Below, piece by piece: positions 9,607 to 19,465 of a stretch of DNA of 46,551 nucleotides. The notes beneath the pieces are model-generated. The model did not search any database, was not told the origin of the DNA, and saw only the letters and a list, made by a program, of their open reading frames with translations. Position 1 is the stretch's first letter. Every line of letters starts with the position of its first letter. The stretch comes from Anaerolineae bacterium (GTDB lineage: Bacteria; Chloroflexota; Anaerolineae; Aggregatilineales; Phototrophicaceae). A program made the translations under genes and the position numbers. Location: assembly GCA_025454725.1 (NCBI GenBank), contig JALONW010000036.1, forward strand, positions 1-46,551, given 5' to 3'.

Positions 9607-9810
9607 ACGCAAAACAGCCAGCGGGCAGGGGAGCCGCGTGGCTGCTGGGCGTTCGTCCACCGGGGGCGCTCATCCCGTTTTCCTCACAGGGAAACGGGCG
9701 GCGCATAGGTGACACAAAAAGCGGCCACGGGCGCGGGTGAACGTCCAACAGGCCGGGTATTTTGAGCAAATACCCGCCAGCGGACGCCCAATCAGAGCGC
9801 CGTGACCGCA
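9607..9810 (-). promoter_or_regulatory. Structured 5' leader with two terminator-like hairpins (putative attenuator) upstream of the RIO1 kinase
   Basis: Minus strand: long nested stem GCGGTCACGGCGC...GCGCCCGTGGCCGC-TTTTT (about 9809-9716), hairpin CCCGTTTCCCT/AGGAAAACGGG, then CAGCCACGCGG...CCGCTGGCTG-TTTT (about 9644-9611). Confidence 0.55.
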
Positions 9811-9869
9811 CAAGGGTCGGTTGTATCAGGGGGTAGCTGGGGGATGTGTCCCCAGCACCCGCGTTCGAC

Positions 9870-9938
9870 CTACTTCTTGGGGGTGCGCGGCGCGTCTAAG
9901 CGGATGACAAGTTCCTTGCCGTCGAAACTGATGGTCAT
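9870..9938 (-). CDS. Putative 22-aa leader peptide MTISFDGKELVIRLDAPRTPKK
   Basis: ATG 9938, TAG 9872-9870, strong RBS GGAGGAGG 7 nt upstream, host-like codon usage, TTGACA upstream at 10020-10015. Too short for the ORF track. Confidence 0.6.
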   Translation of the reverse strand: MTISFDGKELVIRLDAPRTPKK

Positions 9939-9987
9939 GTTTGCGCCTCCTCCACTCCAAAAGAATGGGTCAGAACGGGTCGATAGC

Positions 9988-10020
9988 ATTAAAGATGTCG
10001 CACCTTTTGAATTTTGTCAA
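9988..10020 (-). promoter_or_regulatory. Putative sigma70 promoter for the leader-RIO1 unit
   Basis: Perfect TTGACA (10020-10015). The -10 is weak or ambiguous (CATCTT at 17 nt, or TTTAAT further on). Confidence 0.45.
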
Positions 10021-10054
10021 GCGGTTGGCGAGATTCAAATCCGCGAACCCCCAG

Positions 10055-11677
10055 TTATCGGTGGCGATAGACCCGCACGTCGCCGGACTGGAAGGCCAGC
10101 GCCAAGCCATCGAGGCACGCGCCACCGCCACCCATAGCTTCTTCAAGTGGGCCGACGATGACGAACTGGATGCGGTAGGCCAGCCCGGCGTTGAATTCGC
10201 CGTCGAGGATGGCCTCGCACAGCGCGGAGTCGGTGGCGCGATAGAATGACCGCACAACGCCCACCTTTTCGACCGGATTGAGCGCCTTGTTGGCGGTGGC
10301 GTAGACCACGCGCCGTGCCGACCAGACCGGGACCCACAGGCTGACCTCTGGGGAGGCCAAGACGACCGTCTGGGGGCTGCCGAACCGTTCCAGCCAGACG
10401 AGGGCTTCCGGGTAGCCAGCGCTGAGGTAGTGTTTCTGGTGGTCGTTGAAAGGGGCAATCAGTGCAACGAAGTGACTGAGCGCCAGCAGCGGCAGCAGTA
10501 CCAGCCCAAGCCGCAGCCGCAGCGCCGGGCGCGGCATCCAGCGCAGCCAGAACTCCTGCACGCCACGGGTGGCGAAGTATGCCACTGGCAGCATCATTCC
10601 CACCCACAGCGCCCCTCCCAAGACGGTGAAGCGGTATCCCAACACGACCATCAGCACCAGCCAGAACAGCATGAGCGCGCTGTCATTGGGTTCAAGGCGG
10701 CGCAGCACCTTCCACAGCGCTGGGAGTGCCAACACCAGCGGCACACCCAGCGACAGGATAAACCCGATGGCGCTGGGCAGCGGCAGACCGCTGTCGGTTA
10801 TCCACAGACCAAAGGTAAGCGGCTGCTGCATGGCGACCGCCAACAGGTAGCCGACCAAGGGCAGCGCGGGGACGCCAAACCACAGCAGCATCAGCATGTC
10901 ACGGCGCAGCAGGTGGGGGTGCGCTATACCGTGGAAGCCGACCACCACCACGAACGCCAACGCAAACGGGAACAGGGCGGGTGGGTCAATCAGCACCAGC
11001 ACCATTGAAAATAGCAGCAGGCGCAGGCCGTAGTTGGTCACGCTGGGCATCTCGGTACTGCCGGGGCGCAGCGCGGTGATGCCCGCCGCCGCCAGCAGGC
11101 TCAGGCAGGCCACCGCCAGCGGGTAATGAACGTTCATCAACAGGGTGTGGAAGGGGTAGGCCGGCGACAGCGACACATCCAACAGCAGGGTGGTGGGTAT
11201 GGTCGGGGCGAGCAACCAGCCCACACCGCCGCCCAACAGGGCGATGGCCGAGAACATCCGCCGCAGCGCCACCCGCTGCCAGATGGAGGCGGCCAACAGA
11301 TAGACGGTATGTACCATCAACAGGCCAGCCAGCAGTCGAGCGACATGGAACACTGCCAGCACATCCAGCCCCGCCAGCGCGCTGAAGCGCCCCAGCACCA
11401 CGTAAATCAGTTCGGTGAGCAGGCCGGGCAGCGGCTCTGGGGTATACAGCGATGGTGGCAAGCCCGCGCTGGGGTCAAGGCTCTGGCGCATGGCGGCTAC
11501 CGCCGCGCCAGCATCCGCGATGTCGTGGACGAGGCCACCGAAGGCCAAGTCGGTGGTAGGCCGGGCCATATCCATCACCGCAAACGGGGCGAGCGCCACC
11601 AGCAGCATCAGGCTGCCCAACAGCAGCACCCAGCGCCATTCGTAGGGCGCAATATAATCGTTCTGAGGTGGTTGCAT
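10055..11677 (-). CDS. Polytopic membrane protein, unknown function (possibly GT-C-like)
   Basis: About 12 hydrophobic segments, LYTPEP loop, C-terminal soluble domain. Start ATG 11677 after a GGGGG RBS-like run. Confidence 0.7.
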   Translation of the reverse strand: MQPPQNDYIAPYEWRWVLLLGSLMLLVALAPFAVMDMARPTTDLAFGGLVHDIADAGAAVAAMRQSLDPSAGLPPSLYTPEPLPGLLTELIYVVLGRFSALAGLDVLAVFHVARLLAGLLMVHTVYLLAASIWQRVALRRMFSAIALLGGGVGWLLAPTIPTTLLLDVSLSPAYPFHTLLMNVHYPLAVACLSLLAAAGITALRPGSTEMPSVTNYGLRLLLFSMVLVLIDPPALFPFALAFVVVVGFHGIAHPHLLRRDMLMLLWFGVPALPLVGYLLAVAMQQPLTFGLWITDSGLPLPSAIGFILSLGVPLVLALPALWKVLRRLEPNDSALMLFWLVLMVVLGYRFTVLGGALWVGMMLPVAYFATRGVQEFWLRWMPRPALRLRLGLVLLPLLALSHFVALIAPFNDHQKHYLSAGYPEALVWLERFGSPQTVVLASPEVSLWVPVWSARRVVYATANKALNPVEKVGVVRSFYRATDSALCEAILDGEFNAGLAYRIQFVIVGPLEEAMGGGGACLDGLALAFQSGDVRVYRHR

Positions 11678-11830
11678 TGGGCGTTCCCCCTGTCGTGCTG
11701 TTTGTGCGCGGCTCAGTCTGGATGCGCCGTGTTTCTCGCACATCCCAGCCTATTCTATCCCAAACCACCCGTTAACCATGCTATACTTTTGTCGTTAAAC
11801 CGTCCAGAACCTTATGAAGCGAGCAACCCC

Positions 11831-12085
11831 ATGACCGACCAAGCCACCTTCAACCCAGCCCAGCTTGAACTGCTGCGCTGCCCAGAGGCCGTCCAGCGCA
11901 AGGACCTCGGCGACGACCCCGGCAAGCTCACCCAGATTAACGCCCACTGGCTTTACGCCGCCGACAGCGGCAACAAGTACCCCATCCACAACGGCATCCC
12001 TTATCTGTTGGTCAAGGAGGGGCAGCGCTGGCGCGAGACCCCCGATGCTGACCTGCCCACCCCCCCGCCCGCCCCGCTGGAGTAG
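11831..12085 (+). CDS. Trm112-like (YcaR) small protein
   Basis: LELLRCP...YPIHNGIPYLL signature. ATG at 11831; 84 aa. Confidence 0.75.
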   Translation: MTDQATFNPAQLELLRCPEAVQRKDLGDDPGKLTQINAHWLYAADSGNKYPIHNGIPYLLVKEGQRWRETPDADLPTPPPAPLE

Positions 12086-12176
12086 GGCTGGGGTGCAACC
12101 GTTTGGTGCGCGGGCGCGTATATAGGTAGTGAAGCACAACCCCTAAAGTCAGAATCATAATGAGGCATAGCCCAGC

Positions 12177-12500
12177 ATGAACGATACCAACACCACCCCA
12201 GAGAACAACGAGGAAAGCAACCCCCGCAACCCGTTTGAGGTCTTCTTGTTCCACCAGCGCCGTGCGCTGGAAGAGACCGGTAAGGCGCTCGAAGCCCTGC
12301 TGCCCGAAGGTTTCCGCGAACACGGCGTGAACGCCACTCGCGAGTTCACCAAGGGTCTGCGCGTGCTGATGGACGCCGCCGTTGAGGAAGTCAAGAAGGC
12401 CAGCGACAAGATGAAGACCGAGGGGCAGGACGCCGCCGACGACAAGGGCGACGACACCAGCACCACCGGCCACAACAAGGTCAAGGTTCAGGTCGAGTAG
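12177..12500 (+). CDS. Hypothetical protein (107 aa)
   Basis: Host-like codon usage, GAGG RBS, strong terminator downstream. Confidence 0.7.
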   Translation: MNDTNTTPENNEESNPRNPFEVFLFHQRRALEETGKALEALLPEGFREHGVNATREFTKGLRVLMDAAVEEVKKASDKMKTEGQDAADDKGDDTSTTGHNKVKVQVE

Positions 12501-12522
12501 GGGGCATCTCTCCCTATAAATC

Positions 12523-12566
12523 AAAAGAGGGGCGGTCAGCATTCATGCTGACCGCCCCTCTTTTTT
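12523..12566. terminator. Bidirectional rho-independent terminator
   Basis: Perfect 20-bp inverted repeat AAAAGAGGGGCGGTCAGCAT-tc-ATGCTGACCGCCCCTCTTTT between convergent genes. Confidence 0.85.
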
Positions 12567-12583
12567 GTCATGCAGGGGTTAGG

Positions 12584-13771
12584 TTATGCGCGGTCACCCG
12601 GCAGCGGGTTCTGCGCCGGGTCCCACGTCACATGCACATGCTCCGGCCCACGGTGCGAGGTATTGGGCGAGAACTCCCACACCTGACCCGGCACGAGCTG
12701 CATATGCGGCAGGCGGCGCGCCAGCTCACCGAGGACAATTTCCATCTCTAGGCGGGCCAGCGGCGCACCGAGGCACAGGTGGCGACCAACGCCAAACGCG
12801 AGGTGGTCTTTGGCGTTCTCGCGGCGGATGTCGAAGCGGTCGCCGTCAGGGAAGTGCGCCTCGTCGCGGCCAGCCGACCCCAGCGCCATCATGATGGTCG
12901 CGCCAGAGGGCAGCGTCACGCCGCCCAAGACGGTCTCTTTGGTCGTGATGCGCCGCCAGTGCGGGACCGACGAGTAATAGCGCAGCGATTCCTCACCGGC
13001 GTTGGCCGCCAGCGATAGGTCATTGCACAACAGCTCCCACTGGTCGCGGTTTTCCAGCAGGGCGCGCATCGCCCCGGCCAGCGCGTTGGTGGTGGTCTCA
13101 TGCCCCGCAAACAGCAGGTTGAGCATCAGCGTGTACATGTAGTGTTCGTCGTATTGGTCGGCGTTTTCCGGGAGCTGCATCTCGGTGATGAACACGCTCA
13201 TGATGTCGCTGCCGGGGTCGGCCATCAGCTTGGTGATGTGTTCACGGGCGTACTGCCAGTATTGGCCGATTTCGTGGCACAGCTCGACCTGTTCTTCCTC
13301 GGTCGGGTTGCCGAAGCCCCACACCGAGAGGCGCTTGGCGAACTTACGGATGCGGGGCAAATCCTCGTCCGGCACGCCCATCAGCCGGAAGATGACCAGC
13401 GCGGGCAGCTCGAAGAACATATCGCGCACGAGGTCAGCCTCACCGCGTGGGGCCATTTCGCTGATGTAGTGGTCGGTCAGTTCGCGGATGTAGGTTTCCA
13501 TCTTGGTGAGGATGGCGGGCGTCATGCCTTTGCGGAGCATCTTGCGGCGGCGCGGGTGCAGCGGCGCGTCCTCATCGACCAGCGATTTGGTCGGGACATA
13601 GCCGTAGCTCACCAGCGCGCCGATGGCCGCGTCGCTCAGGGGCTTGATGAACTTGAGGACGTTATCGGCGGAGTAGGTATCGGGGTCCAGCTCGACGGTG
13701 CGGACATCATCGTAACTGGAGATGATGTAGGCGTCGATTTGTGGGCTGTAGAAAATGGGGTGTTCTTCAAA
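12584..13771 (-). pseudogene. Cytochrome P450, 5'-truncated
   Basis: AGHETT (I-helix), EESLR (ExxR), HLAFGVGRHLCLGAPLAR (heme Cys). The P450 frame continues upstream of the tracked GTG (EEHPIFYSPQIDAYIISSYDDVR...) to an in-frame TGA at 13774-13772, with no ATG/GTG/TTG start in that stretch. Confidence 0.7.
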
Positions 13772-13962
13772 TCACACATTACAAACGTCATCTATAGGCC
13801 GTGTTGGAACGGACAGACAGGTTTGAGCGTGAAGTTAGGGGTATAGTGAAGGCCACCAGCAAATCACAATTTACCAACTATTCATACTGTACCCGATTTT
13901 TGCATTCTTGTCGCGGAATAGCTGGTTTTTGGGGGTTTAAGTCAATCGGGCTATTCTAAACC

Positions 13963-15123
13963 TCAGCGCACGACGGCCTCGTCGATGTCCTCCTCAATGG
14001 GGGATGGTTCATGGGAGGCTGCTTGCAGCTTGTCGCTCTTGCCGATGGGGAAGGGGTCGAGCGCGCCATTTTGCGCGCCCATCATACGCTGAATCTGGCG
14101 CAGCTCCTCCGGCGACATATCTTGAAGGATGGCGAAGTCGGGGTTGGTCTCACGGGTTCCGAAGGCTTTGTGGAACGCGATGCGCTGGAACTGCTCTGAT
14201 GCCATGTTGGCGAGAATCATTGCGCCGGGGTTGTAGACCTCATTCACGAGGTCGCGCTGGCGCACCAGCAGCAGGCTGGACGCCAACAGCGCCACGCCCG
14301 CCCACTGCGCCACGCTCAGGCGTTCGCCCAGCAGCAGCGACGACAGCACCAGTGCGACCGCAATCTCAGCCAACGCCATAATTGCCGTCTGGATGCCGCC
14401 GAGGAACTTGACGCTGGCGTACATCGCCAGCCGCGAAAGCGCCGTGGTGATACCGAGGATGATAATCGGCGGGAGGGCAAACTCTGCGATGTCGGCGGTC
14501 ATCGGCTCACCGACCGCCAGCCACACCATCGAAACGATGACGGCCATGCTGGTCAGCGCGTAGAGCGCCATGGTCTGCGAGGGGACCTCGTACAGCACAT
14601 ACTGGCCCAACACCAGTGTCCCCGCGAACATCAGTGCCGATGCCAGCATCAGCCCGACTCCGATGGGGTTGACCGCCCGGTCGCCCAGCGTCGTCAGGAT
14701 GATGAGCGCCACCAGCGCCAGCGCCACCCGCATCAGCGTCCGCCCGTCGATGTGCGTCCCGCGCATACGGGTCAGCACCACCGCAATGACGAGGTACATG
14801 CCGTTGATGAGCTGCACCATGCCCGCGTCCAGCAGCCCCAGCCCGCTGTAGTAGCACAGCGCGCCCACCCCATTGACCATGCCGATGGTGATGCAGCCCA
14901 TCAGCGCGGCAGGGTTGGCGAAGATGAAATGACGGAAGAACAGCGCGTAGACCACCCACAGCACGGTAATCGCCATGATGGTTCGCAGCGCCGCGACGGC
15001 AAACACGTCTGCGCCCGCTTGGATGGCAAATTTACCGAAAATGGGGGCGACCCCCAAGAAGACCGGGGTCAATAGGGCCATCATGATGCCGCGCAGAGGC
15101 ACGGTGGTTTGGGTGTTGTGCAT
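13963..15123 (-). CDS. DMT/EamA family transporter with C-terminal soluble extension
   Basis: About 10 TM helices in two EamA-like repeats, LLLGERLSVAQWAGVAL motif. Start ATG 15123. Confidence 0.82.
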   Translation of the reverse strand: MHNTQTTVPLRGIMMALLTPVFLGVAPIFGKFAIQAGADVFAVAALRTIMAITVLWVVYALFFRHFIFANPAALMGCITIGMVNGVGALCYYSGLGLLDAGMVQLINGMYLVIAVVLTRMRGTHIDGRTLMRVALALVALIILTTLGDRAVNPIGVGLMLASALMFAGTLVLGQYVLYEVPSQTMALYALTSMAVIVSMVWLAVGEPMTADIAEFALPPIIILGITTALSRLAMYASVKFLGGIQTAIMALAEIAVALVLSSLLLGERLSVAQWAGVALLASSLLLVRQRDLVNEVYNPGAMILANMASEQFQRIAFHKAFGTRETNPDFAILQDMSPEELRQIQRMMGAQNGALDPFPIGKSDKLQAASHEPSPIEEDIDEAVVR

Positions 15124-15396
15124 CGCGCTCCCCAGCACGCCGACGTTGTTACAATGTTGAAATATCCTATCACAGCTTGTGGGTTTTGGAGCACTTTGGG
15201 CAGAAATTTTAATCTTGGACTGCCAACCAATCTGGTACGTGGTTGTTTCTGCACCCCTGTTTTGGGGAGAAATTTCCCCTTTGTGGGGGATTTTAACCCA
15301 AACGACCAGCGCAAAAGATAAATCGTCCTATAATGCGTTTATGGGAATGTTCATAGTTCCCCAATCAACACCTTTTCACAGTTCTGGAGACCCTGC

Positions 15397-16290
15397 ATGA
15401 CCTTCAACCGTTCGACCCCGCGTTTTACCGTCTTATTGGCGCTGTTGCTGGTTCTGGCGCTGCCGTGGGCTGCCAGCGCTCAATCGGCGGGGCCTGCTGG
15501 CGGCGCGCCGTCTGGCGACCCATCTGACCCTGACTTCCTTCTTACGCTGTTGGAAGATGGTGTGACGGTCGATGGGGTATTCGAGGGCGACGTGACCGCA
15601 CAGCTCTACGGCTTCTTCGGCTCGGAAGGCGATGTCGTCACGGTCGAGATGCTTCAGGCCGACGATTCTGACCTTGACCCGTTCATCGTCCTGCTGGGGC
15701 CAGCCGGTCAGGTGGTCGGCAGTGATGACGACAGCGGCCCGCAGCCCCTCTCGTCGCTGATTGATGGCGTGGAACTACCGGCCAACGGCAGCTACTTCAT
15801 CCTCGCCTCGACCTACACCTACATCGACAACGTGCTGGAAGAGTCGGATGCCGCGCTGGCCGAGTCGCAGGCCTATACCTTGACCGCCAGCGGCTTCACC
15901 GCGCCGGAAAACCCGGAAGACCGCCTGTTCTTCTCTGGCGACCTCGTGCTGGGCGCGACCTCTGAGGGTTACTCGACCCTTGAGGAGCCGGTTTACTACT
16001 ACACCTTCATCGTCGAGGAAGCCCCGGTCACGGTTGACCTGAGCCTCAGCAGCCTCGACTTCGACACGCTGGCGATGGTGTTCGGGCCGGGTGGTGTCCG
16101 CCTCGCGGTCAACAGCGATGACCCGGAAGGCATCGGCACGGACTCGGCCATTCGCGGCCTAGAGTTGACCGAGCCGGGCAAGTACCTGTTCTTCGGGACT
16201 GACGTGTTCTTCTACAACGCCGGGGTCGAGGGGGCCATGCTGGAATATACTGGCGGCGACTTCACCATCATCTTGAGCGACACCAAGTAA
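15397..16290 (+). CDS. Secreted acidic protein with two PPC (pre-peptidase C-terminal)-like domains
   Basis: Signal peptide (ASA). Repeated YxFxG..GD...LDP.L.LLGP.G..V..DDD..S.I...LP..G.Y motif. Confidence 0.75.
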   Translation: MTFNRSTPRFTVLLALLLVLALPWAASAQSAGPAGGAPSGDPSDPDFLLTLLEDGVTVDGVFEGDVTAQLYGFFGSEGDVVTVEMLQADDSDLDPFIVLLGPAGQVVGSDDDSGPQPLSSLIDGVELPANGSYFILASTYTYIDNVLEESDAALAESQAYTLTASGFTAPENPEDRLFFSGDLVLGATSEGYSTLEEPVYYYTFIVEEAPVTVDLSLSSLDFDTLAMVFGPGGVRLAVNSDDPEGIGTDSAIRGLELTEPGKYLFFGTDVFFYNAGVEGAMLEYTGGDFTIILSDTK

Positions 16291-16312
16291 CCCAAGCCTT
16301 ACCGTCCGACAG

Positions 16313-16342
16313 AAAAGCCCCTCACGCCGAGGGGCTTTTTTT
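16313..16342 (+). terminator. Rho-independent terminator
   Basis: AAAAGCCCCTC-acgcc-GAGGGGCTTTTTTT after the PPC gene. Confidence 0.85.
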
Positions 16343-16532
16343 GTTTTGTGGGTTGGCTACAGCGCCGGGGATAAACCTCTTTCCATCTGCCCCTCTGAAA
16401 TAGGCATTTGTCACTTTTCCACAAGCCAAACCGTCAAAACCCTGTGTTTTTGTCCGCCCAATCTTGGTTATAATCACCAACGGCGCTTCTTCACCAGATA
16501 GCCAAACAATCCTTCAAGGAGAATTCCCAGCC

Positions 16533-17735
16533 ATGTTACGCAAGATGAGTGTTTTGGCAGTCCTCGTGCTGTCCGTCGTACTGACCGCGCTGGCCCCCGC
16601 CGCCGCGCAAGATGAATTTGTGTTCGGGATGGTCTTGGTCGGGCCGCAGGACGACCGTGGCTGGAGCCAAGCCCACTATGAGGGCGGCCTGTACGTCGAG
16701 GAGAACCTGCCCGGTGCGCGCATGTTGGTGTTCGAGAGCCTGAACGCCGCCGATACCCCTGAAACCACCCTCGCCGATGTCGTCGAGTTGTTTGTTGAAG
16801 AAGGCGCGCAGGTCATCTTCACCACCTCGGACGCTTTCGAGGAAGACACCGCCGCCGTCGCTGAACAATACCCCGATGTCGTGTTCATCAACGTCTCTGG
16901 CGATGATGTGTTGATTGGCGATGCCCCGGCCAACCTCGGCAACGTCATGGCGAAGATTGAATGGGCGCGCCTGCTGGCGGGCTGCGCGGGCGCTCTCGCC
17001 AGCGAGACTGGCAAGATTGGCTACGTCGGGCCGCTGATTAACGCCGAGACCCGCCGCGTCGCAGCGTCGGCTTACCTCGGTGCGCGCCACTGCTGGGAGA
17101 CCTACAAGGACAGCGACACCGAACTCGAATTCGCCGTGACGTGGATTGGCTTCTGGTTCGCCATCCCCGGCGTGACCTTGGATGTGACCGAGGAGACCAA
17201 CCGCTTTTTCGATAACGGCTTCGATGTCGTCATGAGCGGCGTCGATACCGCCGAGATGGTCAACGTGGCCGCCCAGCGCCAAGCCGACGGCCAAGCCGTA
17301 TACTCTGTCCCCTATAACTCGATTGCGGGCTGCACCCAAGCGCCGGAAGCCTGCCTCGGTGTCCCGTTCTACAACTGGGGTCTGTCGTACTTTGACCTCG
17401 TGGCTTCGGTCCAAGAAGGCACTTGGGAGCAGGCGTGGGACTGGACCGACCCGACGTGGGAATCCATCAATGACCCCGCTGGAACCGTGACCGGTTTCGC
17501 GCTCGGTGAAGGCTTGACCGAGGAACAGCTCGTCCAGCTTGAGGAGTTCACCGCTGAGGTGGCCGCCTACGCCGCCGACGAGGCTAATGTTGATACCATC
17601 TATCTGTGGGCGGGTCCGCTGAACCTTCAGGATGGCACGCCGCTGGCCGAAGAGGGCGAGATGGTTGACCCGCTGGACGTGTGGTACCTGCCGCAACTGC
17701 TGGAAGGCATGGACGGCGCAAGCGTCAGCGAGTAA
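16533..17735 (+). CDS. BMP family ABC transporter substrate-binding protein
   Basis: VLVGPQDDRGWSQAHYEG, TGKIGYVGP, WIGFWF, YNWG. ATG 16533 with AAGGAG RBS. Confidence 0.85.
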   Translation: MLRKMSVLAVLVLSVVLTALAPAAAQDEFVFGMVLVGPQDDRGWSQAHYEGGLYVEENLPGARMLVFESLNAADTPETTLADVVELFVEEGAQVIFTTSDAFEEDTAAVAEQYPDVVFINVSGDDVLIGDAPANLGNVMAKIEWARLLAGCAGALASETGKIGYVGPLINAETRRVAASAYLGARHCWETYKDSDTELEFAVTWIGFWFAIPGVTLDVTEETNRFFDNGFDVVMSGVDTAEMVNVAAQRQADGQAVYSVPYNSIAGCTQAPEACLGVPFYNWGLSYFDLVASVQEGTWEQAWDWTDPTWESINDPAGTVTGFALGEGLTEEQLVQLEEFTAEVAAYAADEANVDTIYLWAGPLNLQDGTPLAEEGEMVDPLDVWYLPQLLEGMDGASVSE

Positions 17736-17746
17736 GCGCACAACGA

Positions 17747-17793
17747 ACCTCACCCCCAGCCCCCTCTCCCTAAGAGAGGGGGTTTTGTTTTTT
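17747..17793 (+). repeat. REP-like hairpin (CCTCACCCC..CCCTCTCC..GAGAGGGG), probably also a terminator
   Basis: AACCTCACCCCCAGCCCCCTCTCCCTAAGAGAGGGGGTTTTG between convergent genes. Confidence 0.55.
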
Positions 17794-17815
17794 GTGACGA
17801 AGGCTTATCCTCGCC

Positions 17816-19393
17816 CTACAGCCCTTCCGCCGTCGGGAGCGTCCGCAGCGGCTGACCCTTGAGGGCGGCGCGCAGCGCGTCGCGGTCGTCCCACGGGTAT
17901 TCGATTGTGCCGAAGCACATGCTCTGCTCATGGCCCTTGCCGCACGCGATGACAATATCGCCGGGCTGCGCCATCTGGCAGGCGCGGTAGAGCGCCTCGC
18001 CCCGGTCGGGGACGCGGAAGAAGGTCTCACCCTCCACGCCGCCCTGTGACACCGCCGCGTCGGCCATAATCTGTAGAATCGCGTCCAGCGACTCGGTGCG
18101 CGGGTCTTCGGCTGTCATGACCGTGATGTCGGCGCTGCGGGCGCTGGTCTCGGCCATCATCCGGCGCTTTTCGACATCGCGCAAACCAGCACAGCCGAAC
18201 ACCGAAATCACCCGCTTACCGGGCTGAATTAACGTGCGCGCTGCGTCCAGCGCCGATTTTAGGGCGTTGGGCGTGTGGGCGAAATCGACCATCGCGATAA
18301 AATTCTGTCCCTCGTCGATGGCCTGCATCCGCCCGCTGACGGCTTTCACCGCCGCGAGGCCGTTATAGATGTTCTTGTAATTGACGCCCAGCGCCCGTGT
18401 GACGGCAATCGCCGCCAGCGCGTTGTAGACGTTGAACGCGCCGACCAAATTTAGGTCAAATTTGGCCGACCCGACGCGGAACGATGCCCCGTCTGGGCGC
18501 AGCTCGATCTCCTCGGCCTTGCAGTCCGACTCGCCATCGATGCCGTAGGTCACGCGCACATCGGTCGGGATGTCGAGCAGCGTGCGCGCCCCGGCGTCGT
18601 CCGTGTTGATAACAGCGACCTTCGGGATGTGCGATTCCGGCGCGTAAGCCTCGAAATCGGTCTCGACGCGCACGCCCGATTTATACGAACTGCGCTTGAG
18701 CATGTGGAACATGGTGGCCTTGGCGTCGCGGTAACCCTGCCAGTCGCCGTGATAGTCGAGGTGTTCGTGGGTGATGTTGGTGACGACCGCCGCGTCGATG
18801 TCCACGCCGATTAAGCGCCCCTGCGCGAGGCCGTGGCTGGTCATCTCCAGCACGCAGTGGGTTAGGCCGTTGTCGGCCATCTGCGCCAGCAGCGCCTGAA
18901 CCTGCGGCGCGCCCGGCGTAGTGACATGTAAGCCCGTGTCGAGCTGTTGGCCGCCGATGTCCGCCGCGATGGTCGAGATATAGCCCGCCGTCCCACCGGT
19001 CGCCAGCTTGAGGATGCTGTGAATCATGGTGCTGGTGGTGGTTTTGCCGTCCGTCCCGGTCACACCGATGACGACCAGCGCCTGTGACGGGGAATCGTTG
19101 TAAGCGGCGGCCAATAAGCCGAGCGCGGCCTGTGTATCGCGCACGCGGACATACGGCACGGGTAAATCGGTCAGGTCGTCCTCACCGATGACCGCGCCCG
19201 CGCCCAACTCTATCGCCTTGCTGATGTAGCGGTGACCGTCGGTGGTGCGCCCACGGCGCGCCACGAACACCCCGCCTGGTTGGAGGTCGTCGGTTGATTC
19301 GACCACCGGCGCGTTGAGCATCGCGTCGCCGCTGGCGGCCAATACGTCCTCGTCGGGCAGGGCTTCGAGCAGTTCAAACAGGGTCTTTGCCAT
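17816..19393 (-). CDS. murE: UDP-N-acetylmuramoyl-L-alanyl-D-glutamate--amino acid ligase
   Basis: GVTGTDGKTTT, TTP, EMTSHGL, TNITHEHLDYHG, DFAHTPNAL, EDPRTE, GKGHE. Confidence 0.93.
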   Translation of the reverse strand: MAKTLFELLEALPDEDVLAASGDAMLNAPVVESTDDLQPGGVFVARRGRTTDGHRYISKAIELGAGAVIGEDDLTDLPVPYVRVRDTQAALGLLAAAYNDSPSQALVVIGVTGTDGKTTTSTMIHSILKLATGGTAGYISTIAADIGGQQLDTGLHVTTPGAPQVQALLAQMADNGLTHCVLEMTSHGLAQGRLIGVDIDAAVVTNITHEHLDYHGDWQGYRDAKATMFHMLKRSSYKSGVRVETDFEAYAPESHIPKVAVINTDDAGARTLLDIPTDVRVTYGIDGESDCKAEEIELRPDGASFRVGSAKFDLNLVGAFNVYNALAAIAVTRALGVNYKNIYNGLAAVKAVSGRMQAIDEGQNFIAMVDFAHTPNALKSALDAARTLIQPGKRVISVFGCAGLRDVEKRRMMAETSARSADITVMTAEDPRTESLDAILQIMADAAVSQGGVEGETFFRVPDRGEALYRACQMAQPGDIVIACGKGHEQSMCFGTIEYPWDDRDALRAALKGQPLRTLPTAEGL

Positions 19394-19465
19394 GATGGAC
19401 TCCTTTGTTTAGTGATGAGGGTGTTTGTAAATATACGCTCTATCTGGAATAGTGCGCCTCACTTG

